A stretch of 64,000 nt of DNA from a virus (taxonomy: Duplodnaviria; Caudoviricetes), in the IMG/VR virus record IMGVR_UViG_3300037502_000519, positions 1,039 through 65,038 of that record. One strand, written 5' to 3'. Both the position numbers and the translations under genes were made by a program. How positions within the stretch are numbered: position 1 is the first letter of the stretch; each line of letters begins with the position of its first letter. Below, piece by piece: positions 18,076 to 26,652 of this stretch. The notes under the pieces are model-generated. The model was given only the letters and a program-made list of their open reading frames with translations, was not told the origin of the DNA and did not search any database.

Positions 18076-18726
18076 TTATGCGGCGCGTTGGTCTGGTTCT
18101 TCGTCTCTGTGCTCAATCGGCACGCGCATGGCTCCGAAAATATCCACGACATACACCTGTTTTGGCGCCGCAATCCTGTAAAACTTTGACAGAATTTCAG
18201 ACGCATCGTCTTCTTTAATTAGTTTTTGCCAGCATACGGGCGCGGCTCGCGCCGTGCGCTTTAGCTCTTTCATCCGTACGAGCATCAATGTCGTTTGCCC
18301 TAAACAAGTTTCTAGGAAGTTTTTTATCTCCGGCGTTGGCGCTTTTTTAAGTCTGCGGTTTATCGTGCGGCTAAGGTTTTTTAGTTCGGATATGACCGGC
18401 ACAAATTGAGGTGCTCTCCGGATACGCAAGGCGCGTATCGCTCCAGCCTTTAACTTTGCCTTGCCGTGTTCAACACGGCTCTTGACTAGCTCCTCGATGA
18501 TGAGCGGATGCACCCCCTCGTTTACGAGCTTCTTTCGGTATTCGCCAGGGGATAGGTCTTTGGAATGCCGCGCGTGCTGTTTGCTACAGGTGTTGCAAAA
18601 CGATCCGACATACTCCATGCGACGCGTAGCGTCGGGGTTTCGGAGCCATGCGCGGGTTTGCGCAAGGGTGGCTACACGGCGGAAATCTTTGGTTTCTTTT
18701 TCAGTTTCACAGTTTGGGCATAGCAT
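18076..18726 (-). CDS. Basic protein with CxxC...CxxC zinc finger, probable start MLCPNC
   Basis: CPNC and CNTC pairs; SD GAGG. Confidence 0.65.
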   Translation of the reverse strand: MLCPNCETEKETKDFRRVATLAQTRAWLRNPDATRRMEYVGSFCNTCSKQHARHSKDLSPGEYRKKLVNEGVHPLIIEELVKSRVEHGKAKLKAGAIRALRIRRAPQFVPVISELKNLSRTINRRLKKAPTPEIKNFLETCLGQTTLMLVRMKELKRTARAAPVCWQKLIKEDDASEILSKFYRIAAPKQVYVVDIFGAMRVPIEHRDEEPDQRAA

Positions 18727-18825
18727 GTGTCTACCTCGTTTAAAAACGCGTCCTGGGATTGTCGCTGTTGTCATGTGTAGGTGGGAGGCCGCGAAACCGC
18801 ACCAGCACTGCATTGTAGTCTTCAG

Positions 18826-19042
18826 TGTCCGAAATGTCCACGAAAAATAACAGAGAAAGCCTCAAAGCCTGAGAATGTTTTTTATTCTTTGTCGGTGTCA
18901 ACTTGTCCACCCCCTCATATATATATATAAAACTATTTAAAAATATAGTTATATAGGACGCTTCGTGGACGCAGGACGGCGGCAAGCCGTTTGCGCGTGT
19001 CCAGGTAGTGCGCCAAAGCACACCAACCCAGGACATTTGTCC
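18826..19042. other. Candidate replication origin
   Basis: AT-rich core at about 18916-18955 flanked by GTCC/GGAC repeats and a GGACATTTGTCC palindrome, in an intergenic gap. Confidence 0.4.
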
Positions 19043-19127
19043 GAGGGTCTTTTTTGACCCCTCCTTACTGCCAGTAAGTTTGTGATACGCAAAGCAAGGA
19101 GGGGGTTTGCTACATCTGTTGCAAAGC

Positions 19128-19295
19128 TCAATCGTCGGCCCCTAGGCGGTGCTCTAAGCCGCTCTTCCAGGTGGGATCTAGGCGGTACTGCTCTTTGAGT
19201 CTCTTCCGCTTGTAGGCCTGAATAGGGGCCTTGCTGGGCTTGTCGGTTTTGACGAGGTTGCGGGTGGTGCGTGAGTCTTTGAAGGTTTTGGACAT
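19128..19295 (-). CDS. Small basic protein MSKTFKDSR... (55 aa, not in ORF track)
   Basis: Hand-translated; AAGGAGATTCAACCATG leader. Confidence 0.55.
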   Translation of the reverse strand: MSKTFKDSRTTRNLVKTDKPSKAPIQAYKRKRLKEQYRLDPTWKSGLEHRLGADD

Positions 19296-19322
19296 GGTTG
19301 AATCTCCTTAGATGGTTGCGAG

Positions 19323-19499
19323 TTAGATCCATTCGCCGTTGATGCGAACGAGTGCGCCGTACTTGGCTTTGTGCTCAGCCTTCAGGCGGTGCAGGGTTTG
19401 GAGGGCTTCGCCAATGTCGGCGTCATTTCCCCAGTGGCTTGCATTGAGGTAGTTAGCATAAGCGGTGGTAATGGCGCGGATAGAGTCTTGGTAGTTCAT
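19323..19499 (-). CDS. Small protein MNYQDSIRAI... (58 aa, not in ORF track)
   Basis: Hand-translated; AGGAGATTCAACCATG leader. Confidence 0.6.
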   Translation of the reverse strand: MNYQDSIRAITTAYANYLNASHWGNDADIGEALQTLHRLKAEHKAKYGALVRINGEWI

Positions 19500-19601
19500 G
19501 GTTGAATCTCCTAGTGGTTTGTTTTGCTACAGGTGTTGCAAAGAGGTTTGGAATAGGCGCGAAGCATCCCGCGCCACTCGTGAGCCGCACAATCTTGTCA
19601 A

Positions 19602-19991
19602 TTACTTGATGCGAGCGAGGAAATCTGCGCGTTGTTTTGCGGTGAGATCCCAAAAGCCTGCTACCAATTCACTGACAGGATCTTTGCGGTTGACATCGCG
19701 CGCACCGCCTCGGTTACTGCGAACGCGTTTGTGATACGGGTCAACCATTCGGCCCCATTGCATCTGCGCGGCGGCGTGCCGCTCGCCTTGCGCATCCTTA
19801 AACTTCCACGCGCCGTCTTTGTTTTGTTCCACCGTGCATGAGTAGGCGAGCGCGTGCTCTTGTGCCAATGCCTCCACGAGTGCGTCAGGTAGTGAACCGT
19901 CTTTGCCTAGATGCTTTGTGATCATGTCGCGTACGGCTGAGCCACTGTTAAGAAAGGTGCGATAGGTCTTGCGCTCTGTTGCGTAGTTCAT
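19602..19991 (-). CDS. First early gene, hypothetical (MNYATERK...)
   Basis: AGGAGAAACAACAATG leader. Confidence 0.7.
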   Translation of the reverse strand: MNYATERKTYRTFLNSGSAVRDMITKHLGKDGSLPDALVEALAQEHALAYSCTVEQNKDGAWKFKDAQGERHAAAQMQWGRMVDPYHKRVRSNRGGARDVNRKDPVSELVAGFWDLTAKQRADFLARIK

Positions 19992-20075
19992 TGTTGTTTC
20001 TCCTAGTAAGTTTGCTACATGTGTTGCAAAGCCAAGCGGCGATGCAGTCATCGGGCCAGCCCCAATGACAACTAC

Positions 20076-20084
20076 ATTCTAACA
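20076..20084 (-). promoter_or_regulatory. Extended -10 promoter for the early operon
   Basis: Minus strand TG-T-TAGAAT, about 85 nt upstream of the first early ATG. Confidence 0.5.
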
Positions 20085-20386
20085 TAATAGGTTTTTTTGC
20101 CCTGGCTCTGCCGAGGCATTTTAGGTTTTTTGCGACCCTACCCCAGGGTGGCCCCCCAATTGTGTGACGGTGCAGCGGCGCGGCAAGAACAGTGTTTCGC
20201 AACCACGCTCCACACTTTGTCAAATTTCTATCCAATACCGCTGCGCAAATCCCCCTTGCCAATCACCGGCAAAAATCCACCCCACCCCCTCGTCCCACGC
20301 TAAATACAGCAAAGGAGGAAACGCCAATGCTAAAAATATTTGTAAAAATAAAAATAGTTATTGTCAAATCTTTGACAAAGTAGCTT

Positions 20387-20429
20387 AAAAAAATCCCCCG
20401 GAGCAGTAGAGGGGGTAGCTCGACGGGGG
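20387..20429 (-). terminator. Intrinsic terminator with no protein gene upstream on this strand
   Basis: CCCCCG-UC-GAGC / GCUC-CGGGGG stem followed by AUUUUUUU. Confidence 0.65.
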
Positions 20430-20488
20430 GAAGACTGAGCGCACTCAGCCGAAGGAGAGACAACATGAAGCCCCTTGCGAGACCACAC
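20387..20488 (-). ncRNA. Candidate small regulatory RNA with anti-SD/anti-AUG seed
   Basis: TTGTAC-16-TATACT promoter (20522-20495); GNRA hairpin; unpaired UCAUGUUGUCUCUCCUUC; second hairpin; GC stem plus U7 terminator. Confidence 0.55.
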
Positions 20489-20546
20489 GCCTAGAGTATA
20501 CACTCACCCCCACTAGGTACAACCCTATGCTTCGGGAGACCCCCGC

Positions 20547-21143
20547 GTGTTAGAACATTTGTTGGAGATCGAGTACGAACCCGAGGTGCTGACTGCACCC
20601 AGAGAATCCTTTACGCCTGAGAAAAAGCTCTCGGCAACAGATCTGCTGCAAGGGCAGATAGAAACGACGGACTGGTTAGAAGAGTTAGGCGCGCGTACGG
20701 ATGAAGAGGTGCTCCAGACAGCGCAAGAGAATCAGGCCCGTGATGCGTTTAAGGCATTGGTGGCAACACCAGCCGAGGCAAAGAACGCGGTGGCGAAAGT
20801 CACTGTACCCCCGGCGGTTAAGAAGCTGGTTGGGATGCTGACCGCCTATGACTGGGCGTTTGTTGAGCAGGCTAAAGAGATCCGGGGTATGGCGGTGGCT
20901 AAGATTTTGGAGGAGACCGACCACCCAGACGCCAGAATCCGTCTAAAGGCGCTAGAGTTGCTAGGCCGCGTGACGGAGGTAGGGCTGTTTACGGACAGGA
21001 TTGAGGTGAAGAAGACAGAATTGTCTGATTCAGAGTTAGACGCCAAGATTAAAGAGAAGCTCCTAGCTATACAGAATACGATTGACGCGCCGAAAGACGA
21101 CGAGAACGTCACAGACGTAGAAGAAAATGAACCGTCTGAGTGA
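20547..21143 (+). CDS. Probable terminase small subunit
   Basis: Immediately upstream of terL; RLKALELLG...VGLFTDR motif. Confidence 0.6.
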   Translation: MLEHLLEIEYEPEVLTAPRESFTPEKKLSATDLLQGQIETTDWLEELGARTDEEVLQTAQENQARDAFKALVATPAEAKNAVAKVTVPPAVKKLVGMLTAYDWAFVEQAKEIRGMAVAKILEETDHPDARIRLKALELLGRVTEVGLFTDRIEVKKTELSDSELDAKIKEKLLAIQNTIDAPKDDENVTDVEENEPSE

Positions 21144-22647
21144 CGCGGAGATCCAGAATCTGCTGGCAGGCATGACGCCACAGCAGAAGTACGAGTTTTT
21201 AGAGGAGTTGGAGGAGCAACAGAGGCGTCTGCGGTTAAAAAACGCCCGTGGGGACATGATTTCCTTTGCCAAGGAGGTCTATCCAGGGTTCAAAGAGGGG
21301 GCACACCACAGGAAACTGGCGAAAATCTTCGCAGATGTGGCCTCGGGTAAGAAAAAACGCGTGATTATCAACATCGCGCCCCGTATGGGTAAGTCAGAGT
21401 TCTCCTCTTACCTGTTTCCTGCATGGTTTCTGGGGCAATACCCAGAGAAGAAGATCATTATGGCGACCCACACGGCGGGGTTGTCGGAGGATTTTGGTAG
21501 GCGGGTACGAAATCTGATCGAGGGGGAGGACTATCGCAATGTATTCCCAGGAACTCTTGTGGCAGATGACCAAAAAGCGGCAGGGAAATGGTCTACATCG
21601 GCTGGCGGTCAGTATTACGCCGTCGGTGTGGGCGGCGCTCTCGCAGGTCGCGGTGCTGATCTCTTTGTTATTGACGATCCTCATTCAGAACAGGACATAA
21701 AGGCGAACTCCAGGGCTACGTTTGATAATGCGTGGTCGTGGTTCCAGACTGGTCCGTTACAGCGTCTGATGCCAGGGGGTGCGATTCTGGTGATTATGAC
21801 GAGGTGGTCGTTGGTGGACCTGACGGGTAGGCTTTTGACGTTTCAGGCGAGAAACCCAGACGCAGATCCGTGGGAGATCGTAGAACTGCCAGCTATATTG
21901 TTTGAGAACACGGAGCGGGAGAAGTCGCTCTGGCCCGAGCAGTGGCCCGTGGAGCAGCTAAAGCAGAAAAAAGCTGCGATGGACCCGAGGTATTGGAACG
22001 CCCAGTATATGCAGCAGCCCACGGCAGACTCGGCTGCGTTTATTAAGAGACAGCATTGGAGAATTTGGGAGCACGACGATCCACCGCCATGCGAGTTTAT
22101 TATTCAGTCCTGGGATACGGCGCACGAAGCCAAGACCACCGCTGACTATACGGCGTGTACAACCTGGGGTGTCTGGTATAACGAGGAAGAGGGTAACAGG
22201 CCAAGTCTGATGTTGCTCGATGCGTTTAAAGACCGGATGGAGTTTCCAGAGTTAAAGGAAGTGGCGTATAAACAGTGGAAAGAATGGAACCCAGACGCGT
22301 TTTTGGTGGAGAAGAAGGCGGCAGGTGCGCCGTTAATACAAGAACTGCGTAGGATGGGGATACCGGTTGATGAGTTCACACCAAGCCGGGGTAATGACAA
22401 GATAGCGCGGGTCAACGCGGTAGCAGATCTTTTTGCAAGCGGGTCGGTCTGGGCACCAGATAGGCGGTGGGCCAGAGATGTGATCGAGGAAGTGGTTGCG
22501 TTCCCAGTCGGGGAGCACGATGACTACGTGGACACGATGACGCAGGCACTGTTACGCTTTAGAAATGGTGGGTTCATTACGTTGCCTAGCGATGAACCAG
22601 ACGAACCCAGATTCTTTAAATCAGGCCGCAGAGCGGCGTATTACTAG
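21127..22647 (+). CDS. terL: Terminase large subunit
   Basis: APRMGKSE Walker A, IDDP Walker B, MTRW, SWDTA nuclease, HDDYVD. Confidence 0.95.
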   Translation: MNRLSDAEIQNLLAGMTPQQKYEFLEELEEQQRRLRLKNARGDMISFAKEVYPGFKEGAHHRKLAKIFADVASGKKKRVIINIAPRMGKSEFSSYLFPAWFLGQYPEKKIIMATHTAGLSEDFGRRVRNLIEGEDYRNVFPGTLVADDQKAAGKWSTSAGGQYYAVGVGGALAGRGADLFVIDDPHSEQDIKANSRATFDNAWSWFQTGPLQRLMPGGAILVIMTRWSLVDLTGRLLTFQARNPDADPWEIVELPAILFENTEREKSLWPEQWPVEQLKQKKAAMDPRYWNAQYMQQPTADSAAFIKRQHWRIWEHDDPPPCEFIIQSWDTAHEAKTTADYTACTTWGVWYNEEEGNRPSLMLLDAFKDRMEFPELKEVAYKQWKEWNPDAFLVEKKAAGAPLIQELRRMGIPVDEFTPSRGNDKIARVNAVADLFASGSVWAPDRRWARDVIEEVVAFPVGEHDDYVDTMTQALLRFRNGGFITLPSDEPDEPRFFKSGRRAAYY

Positions 22648-22655
22648 GAGCCATT

Positions 22656-25145
22656 ATGGCGGTCGAGAAAAGTCTGTACCAAGCCCCCCGTGGGATTATC
22701 GAAGACGTAGAAGATACGTTGGGCGAACCGGATATTGAGATTGAGATCGAAGACCCGGAAGAAGTAAAGATCCGCGCTGGTGGTCTGGAGATTGAAATCG
22801 AGCCAGAAGAAGAGGCAGATTTTTATACCAATCTGGCAGAAGAGATTAGTGAAGATGACCTTCAGCTTATTGGTAGTGAACTGCTAGAAGATATTAAAAG
22901 TGACCTCGACTCCCGCAAAGACTGGGAGAAGACGTACAAAGAAGGTCTGACGCTGCTTGGGTTGCAGTACGAGGAAAGAACAGAACCGTGGGACGGCGCG
23001 TGTGGCGTGTTCCACCCCATGATTACAGAAGCCGTTGTGCGCTTCCAGTCCGAAACAATCATGGAGACATTCCCTGCCCAGGGACCGGTGAAGACAAAGA
23101 TTCTGGGTAAAGAGACGCGGGAGAAAGAAGATGCTGCCGCGCGGGTCAAACACGACATGAACTACGAGTTAACCGAGCGCATGCCGGAGTTTCGTACCGA
23201 GCACGAGCGGATGTTGTGGAACCTGCCAGCTACCGGGTCTGCGTTTAAGAAGGTGTATTACGATCCGTCGCTCCAGCGTCAGACATCGATCTTTGTGCCT
23301 GCCGAAGATGTGATCGTGCCCTACGGCGCGGCGTCTCTAAATACTGCGGAGCGTGCGACGCACCGTATGTATAAGACCAAAAATGAGATTCGCAAGCTCC
23401 AGGTGGCTGGGTTCTATCGGGACATCGAGCTTGGCGATCCGCCGAAAACAAAGAACGAGATACAAGAGAAGAAAGACAAAGAGACTGGCATCAACAGTCT
23501 GAACGATGATCGGTTCCTGCTGTATGAATCCCACGTCAACTTGGATCTGGAAGGGTACGAAGACGAGGAAGATGGCGAGCCGACAGGCATAGCCATACCG
23601 TATGTAGTCACAATACTGGCGCATACAGGCGATGTATTGTCCATACGGCGTAACTTCTACGAAGATGACGAGACAAAAGAGAAGCGCGATCACTTCGTTC
23701 ACTACGTCTACATCCCTGGGTTTGGGTTCTATGGGTTCGGTCTCTTCCACCTGATTGGTGGATTTGCCAAGTCGGCAACGTCGATCATTCGGCAGTTGGT
23801 GGACGCCGGTACGTTATCGAACCTTCCTGGTGGTCTGAAGGCTAGGGGCTTGCGGATCAAAGGCGACGACACGCCGATTGCTCCGGGCGAGTTCCGAGAT
23901 GTAGATATTGGTTCTGGTGCGCTGCGGGATAACATTCTGCCCCTGCCGTACAAGGAGCCGAGTGCCACGTTGTATCAGTTGCTTGGCACAATTGTGGAAG
24001 AAGGCCGACGGTTTGCCGCAACGGCAGACATGAAGATCTCCGACATGAGTGCGCAGGCACCGGTCGGTACGACGCTTGCCCTCTTGGAGCGCATGCTCAA
24101 GGTGATGTCGGCTGTTCAGGCGCGCGTGCACTACGCGTTCAAGCAAGAGTTGCAGTTGTTGGCAAACATCATCCGTGACTACACCGACGATACGTATGAC
24201 TACGACCCGGTAGAAGGCACGCGGCAGGCGAAGAAGGCTGACTACGACATGGTGGAGATTATCCCCGTGTCAGACCCCAATGCCGCCACGATGTCTCAGC
24301 GGGTTGTGCAGTATCAAGCAGTGATCCAGTTGTCACAGACTGCGCCACAGATCTACAACCTGCCCGAGTTGCATCGCCAGATGTTAGAAGTGCTGGGGAT
24401 CAAGAACGCTGCCAAGCTGGTGCCGGTGGAAGATGATCAGAAACCCACAGATCCTGTCACGGAGAACATGGAAGTGATGAAGGGCAAACCTGTGAAGGCG
24501 TTCATATATCAGGACCACGATGCCCACATCGCCGTACATACTGCTGCACTGCAAGATCCACAGATGGCAGCGCTCATGGGGCAGAACCCCAAGGCACAGA
24601 TGATGTTTGCTGCGATGCAAGCACATATTGCCGAGCACGCAGGGTTCGCATATCGCCGTCAGATCGAAGAGCAGTTGGGTATACCGTTGCCCTCGCCTGA
24701 AGATGAGATGCCCAAAGAGCTTGAGTTGCAGGTCTCGCGTCTTACGGCAGAAGCCGCCAAGCGTGTGTTGGCAAACAACCAGGCTAAAGCTGCGCAGCAA
24801 CAAGCCCAACAGCAGGCACAAGATCCGCTCATCCAGATGCAGCAGCAAGAGTTGGCGCTTAAACAGGCAGAAATCCAACGCAAAGCCCAGAAAGATATGG
24901 TCGATGCGCAGACAAAACAGGCAGAACTTGCGATTAAAGAGAAGGAACTCATCGTCAACGCCACGGCAAAAGTCGATGAGATGGAGCTTAAAAACCGTGA
25001 ACTCTTGGCGCGTACAGCCCAAGCTGTTGACGAGCTATCGTTAAAAGGCGAGCTAGAAGGTATGAAGCTCGGTACATCTGTCGCACAAAGCCGTGCGCAA
25101 ATGCGTCAACAAAGCAGTAAACCCCAAGGAGGTAACACCCAGTGA
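22656..25145 (+). CDS. Portal protein (P22-like)
   Basis: Follows terL; 829 aa; GSAFKKVYYD and FYGFG motifs; Q-rich coiled-coil C-terminus. Confidence 0.85.
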   Translation: MAVEKSLYQAPRGIIEDVEDTLGEPDIEIEIEDPEEVKIRAGGLEIEIEPEEEADFYTNLAEEISEDDLQLIGSELLEDIKSDLDSRKDWEKTYKEGLTLLGLQYEERTEPWDGACGVFHPMITEAVVRFQSETIMETFPAQGPVKTKILGKETREKEDAAARVKHDMNYELTERMPEFRTEHERMLWNLPATGSAFKKVYYDPSLQRQTSIFVPAEDVIVPYGAASLNTAERATHRMYKTKNEIRKLQVAGFYRDIELGDPPKTKNEIQEKKDKETGINSLNDDRFLLYESHVNLDLEGYEDEEDGEPTGIAIPYVVTILAHTGDVLSIRRNFYEDDETKEKRDHFVHYVYIPGFGFYGFGLFHLIGGFAKSATSIIRQLVDAGTLSNLPGGLKARGLRIKGDDTPIAPGEFRDVDIGSGALRDNILPLPYKEPSATLYQLLGTIVEEGRRFAATADMKISDMSAQAPVGTTLALLERMLKVMSAVQARVHYAFKQELQLLANIIRDYTDDTYDYDPVEGTRQAKKADYDMVEIIPVSDPNAATMSQRVVQYQAVIQLSQTAPQIYNLPELHRQMLEVLGIKNAAKLVPVEDDQKPTDPVTENMEVMKGKPVKAFIYQDHDAHIAVHTAALQDPQMAALMGQNPKAQMMFAAMQAHIAEHAGFAYRRQIEEQLGIPLPSPEDEMPKELELQVSRLTAEAAKRVLANNQAKAAQQQAQQQAQDPLIQMQQQELALKQAEIQRKAQKDMVDAQTKQAELAIKEKELIVNATAKVDEMELKNRELLARTAQAVDELSLKGELEGMKLGTSVAQSRAQMRQQSSKPQGGNTQ

Positions 25146-25336
25146 TAGAAGCCTTCGCAGAACATCTGCGCAAACGTATCCGTGAGGATATGAACAACTA
25201 CGCCGACGATCTCGCCGGTGGAGCGTGCCAAAGTTTTGAGCAGTACCAAAAACTCTGTGGTGTTATTCAAGGTCTAGCCATTGCAGAGTCCTATCTTTTA
25301 GACCTTGCCAAGAAAGTTGAGGAAGCAAATGACTGA
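25142..25336 (+). CDS. Small conserved head-module protein
   Basis: SD GGAGG; Y...CG.I.GL motif; lies between portal and GroES. Confidence 0.7.
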   Translation: MIEAFAEHLRKRIREDMNNYADDLAGGACQSFEQYQKLCGVIQGLAIAESYLLDLAKKVEEAND

Positions 25337-25691
25337 AGAAGCACAAGAACCGCAAGCAACCCAGTTACCCAAACCAAGAGGTTGGAAGTTGTTATGCGCG
25401 ATACCGGAAGTTGAAGACAAGTTCTCAGGAACCGACCTTCTAAAACCGGATTCGGTAACAAAGATAGAAGAGCACAGTACGACCGTGCTGTTTGTGGTGG
25501 ATGTAGGCGACGATGCCTACGCAGATGCAGCTAAGTTTCCTAACGGCCCGTGGTGTAAGAAGGGTGACTTTGTGTTAGTTAGGGCTTACTCTGGAACTCG
25601 TTTCAAAATTCACGGCAGAGAGTTCCGCTTGATTAATGACGATCAGGTAGAAGCCGTTGTTGAAGATCCACGTGGCTATACACGCGCTTAA
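25329..25691 (+). CDS. groES: GroES-like co-chaperonin
   Basis: P.G..LL...VV.VG..AY...K.GD.V....Y.GT......E..LI.DD.V.AVV Cpn10 pattern. Confidence 0.8.
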   Translation: MTEEAQEPQATQLPKPRGWKLLCAIPEVEDKFSGTDLLKPDSVTKIEEHSTTVLFVVDVGDDAYADAAKFPNGPWCKKGDFVLVRAYSGTRFKIHGREFRLINDDQVEAVVEDPRGYTRA

Positions 25692-25703
25692 TAGGAGCTA
25701 GAA

Positions 25704-26651
25704 ATGCCAGAAGCATATAAATTTCCCGATGAACAAGAGCAGCAAGGGCAGGACGAAGAAGTAGAAGTTCGTACCGAAGAAGACGATATTGAGCTAGAGG
25801 TTGTAGACGATACGCCGGAAGAAGATCGGGGCCGTAAGCCTCTTGATCGTGATGTCAATGATCCGACCGATGAAGAAGTTGCGGAATATAGCGACAAGGT
25901 TCAGAAGCGGATGCGTGAATTAACCCACGCACGGCACGACGAGAGACGGGCGAAAGAAGCCGCTTTAAGAGAAAGAGAAGAAGCAGCGCGTGTTGCTGAG
26001 CAGTTATTGGCAGAAAACAAGCGTCTGCGTGACCAGTTCCAGGCAGGGGCCGAGACATATACAAAAGTGGTTCAGTCTCAGGCTGATATGGAACTGCAAA
26101 TGGCTCGGCAGAAACTAAAAGCGGCGCAGGAGTCTTACGACACTGATGCGATTATTGCAGCGCAAGAAGAGTTGGCTGCGGCAAAATATCGTTCTGAAGC
26201 GGCAAAGGCATATCGCCCTCCCGCTTTACAACAACCAGAAAAAGAGGTATATGTAACACCTACGCAGCAACAACCTGCTGTTCAACTGACTGATACCGAT
26301 ATTAAATGGCAAGCGCGGAATCAGTGGTTTGGGCAGGATGATGAGATGACCGCTCTCGCGTATGCTGTGCATAAGAAGTTGGTCACAAACGGTGTCCGTG
26401 CAGGAACACCTGAATATTACGAGCGGGTAGACGCTCGCATGCGTGAAGTGTTTCCCGATTTTTTCGGTGAGACGAAGAAGGAAACGAGAGAAGTTAAACG
26501 TCCGGCAACCGTTGTTGCTGCTCCTACCCGTACTGCGGCTAAGAAAACGCAAGTTACGTTGACTAAATCGCAAGAAGCGATTGCTCGACGGCTTGGTCTT
26601 ACCAATAAACAGTATGCAACCGAAGTATTAAAACTTAACTCGGAGTCCTAA
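25704..26651 (+). CDS. Probable capsid scaffolding protein
   Basis: Acidic N-terminus, coiled coil, W...N.WF motif; lies upstream of the capsid gene. Confidence 0.7.
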   Translation: MPEAYKFPDEQEQQGQDEEVEVRTEEDDIELEVVDDTPEEDRGRKPLDRDVNDPTDEEVAEYSDKVQKRMRELTHARHDERRAKEAALREREEAARVAEQLLAENKRLRDQFQAGAETYTKVVQSQADMELQMARQKLKAAQESYDTDAIIAAQEELAAAKYRSEAAKAYRPPALQQPEKEVYVTPTQQQPAVQLTDTDIKWQARNQWFGQDDEMTALAYAVHKKLVTNGVRAGTPEYYERVDARMREVFPDFFGETKKETREVKRPATVVAAPTRTAAKKTQVTLTKSQEAIARRLGLTNKQYATEVLKLNSES

Positions 26652-26652
26652 T

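Larger units (their letters stand above)
16952..20030. repeat. Five dispersed copies of the 20-bp palindrome TTTGCTACA-NN-TGTTGCAAA (operator-like)
   Basis: Copies at 16952-16971 (inverted), 18580-18599, 19106-19125, 19523-19542, 20011-20030. Confidence 0.85.

Noticed and set aside
18740-19332. ORF-track ORFs 18740-19036 and 18949-19332
   Set aside because: They cross the AT tract and repeats and lack an SD; a better-supported short ORF (19128-19295) exists in another frame.
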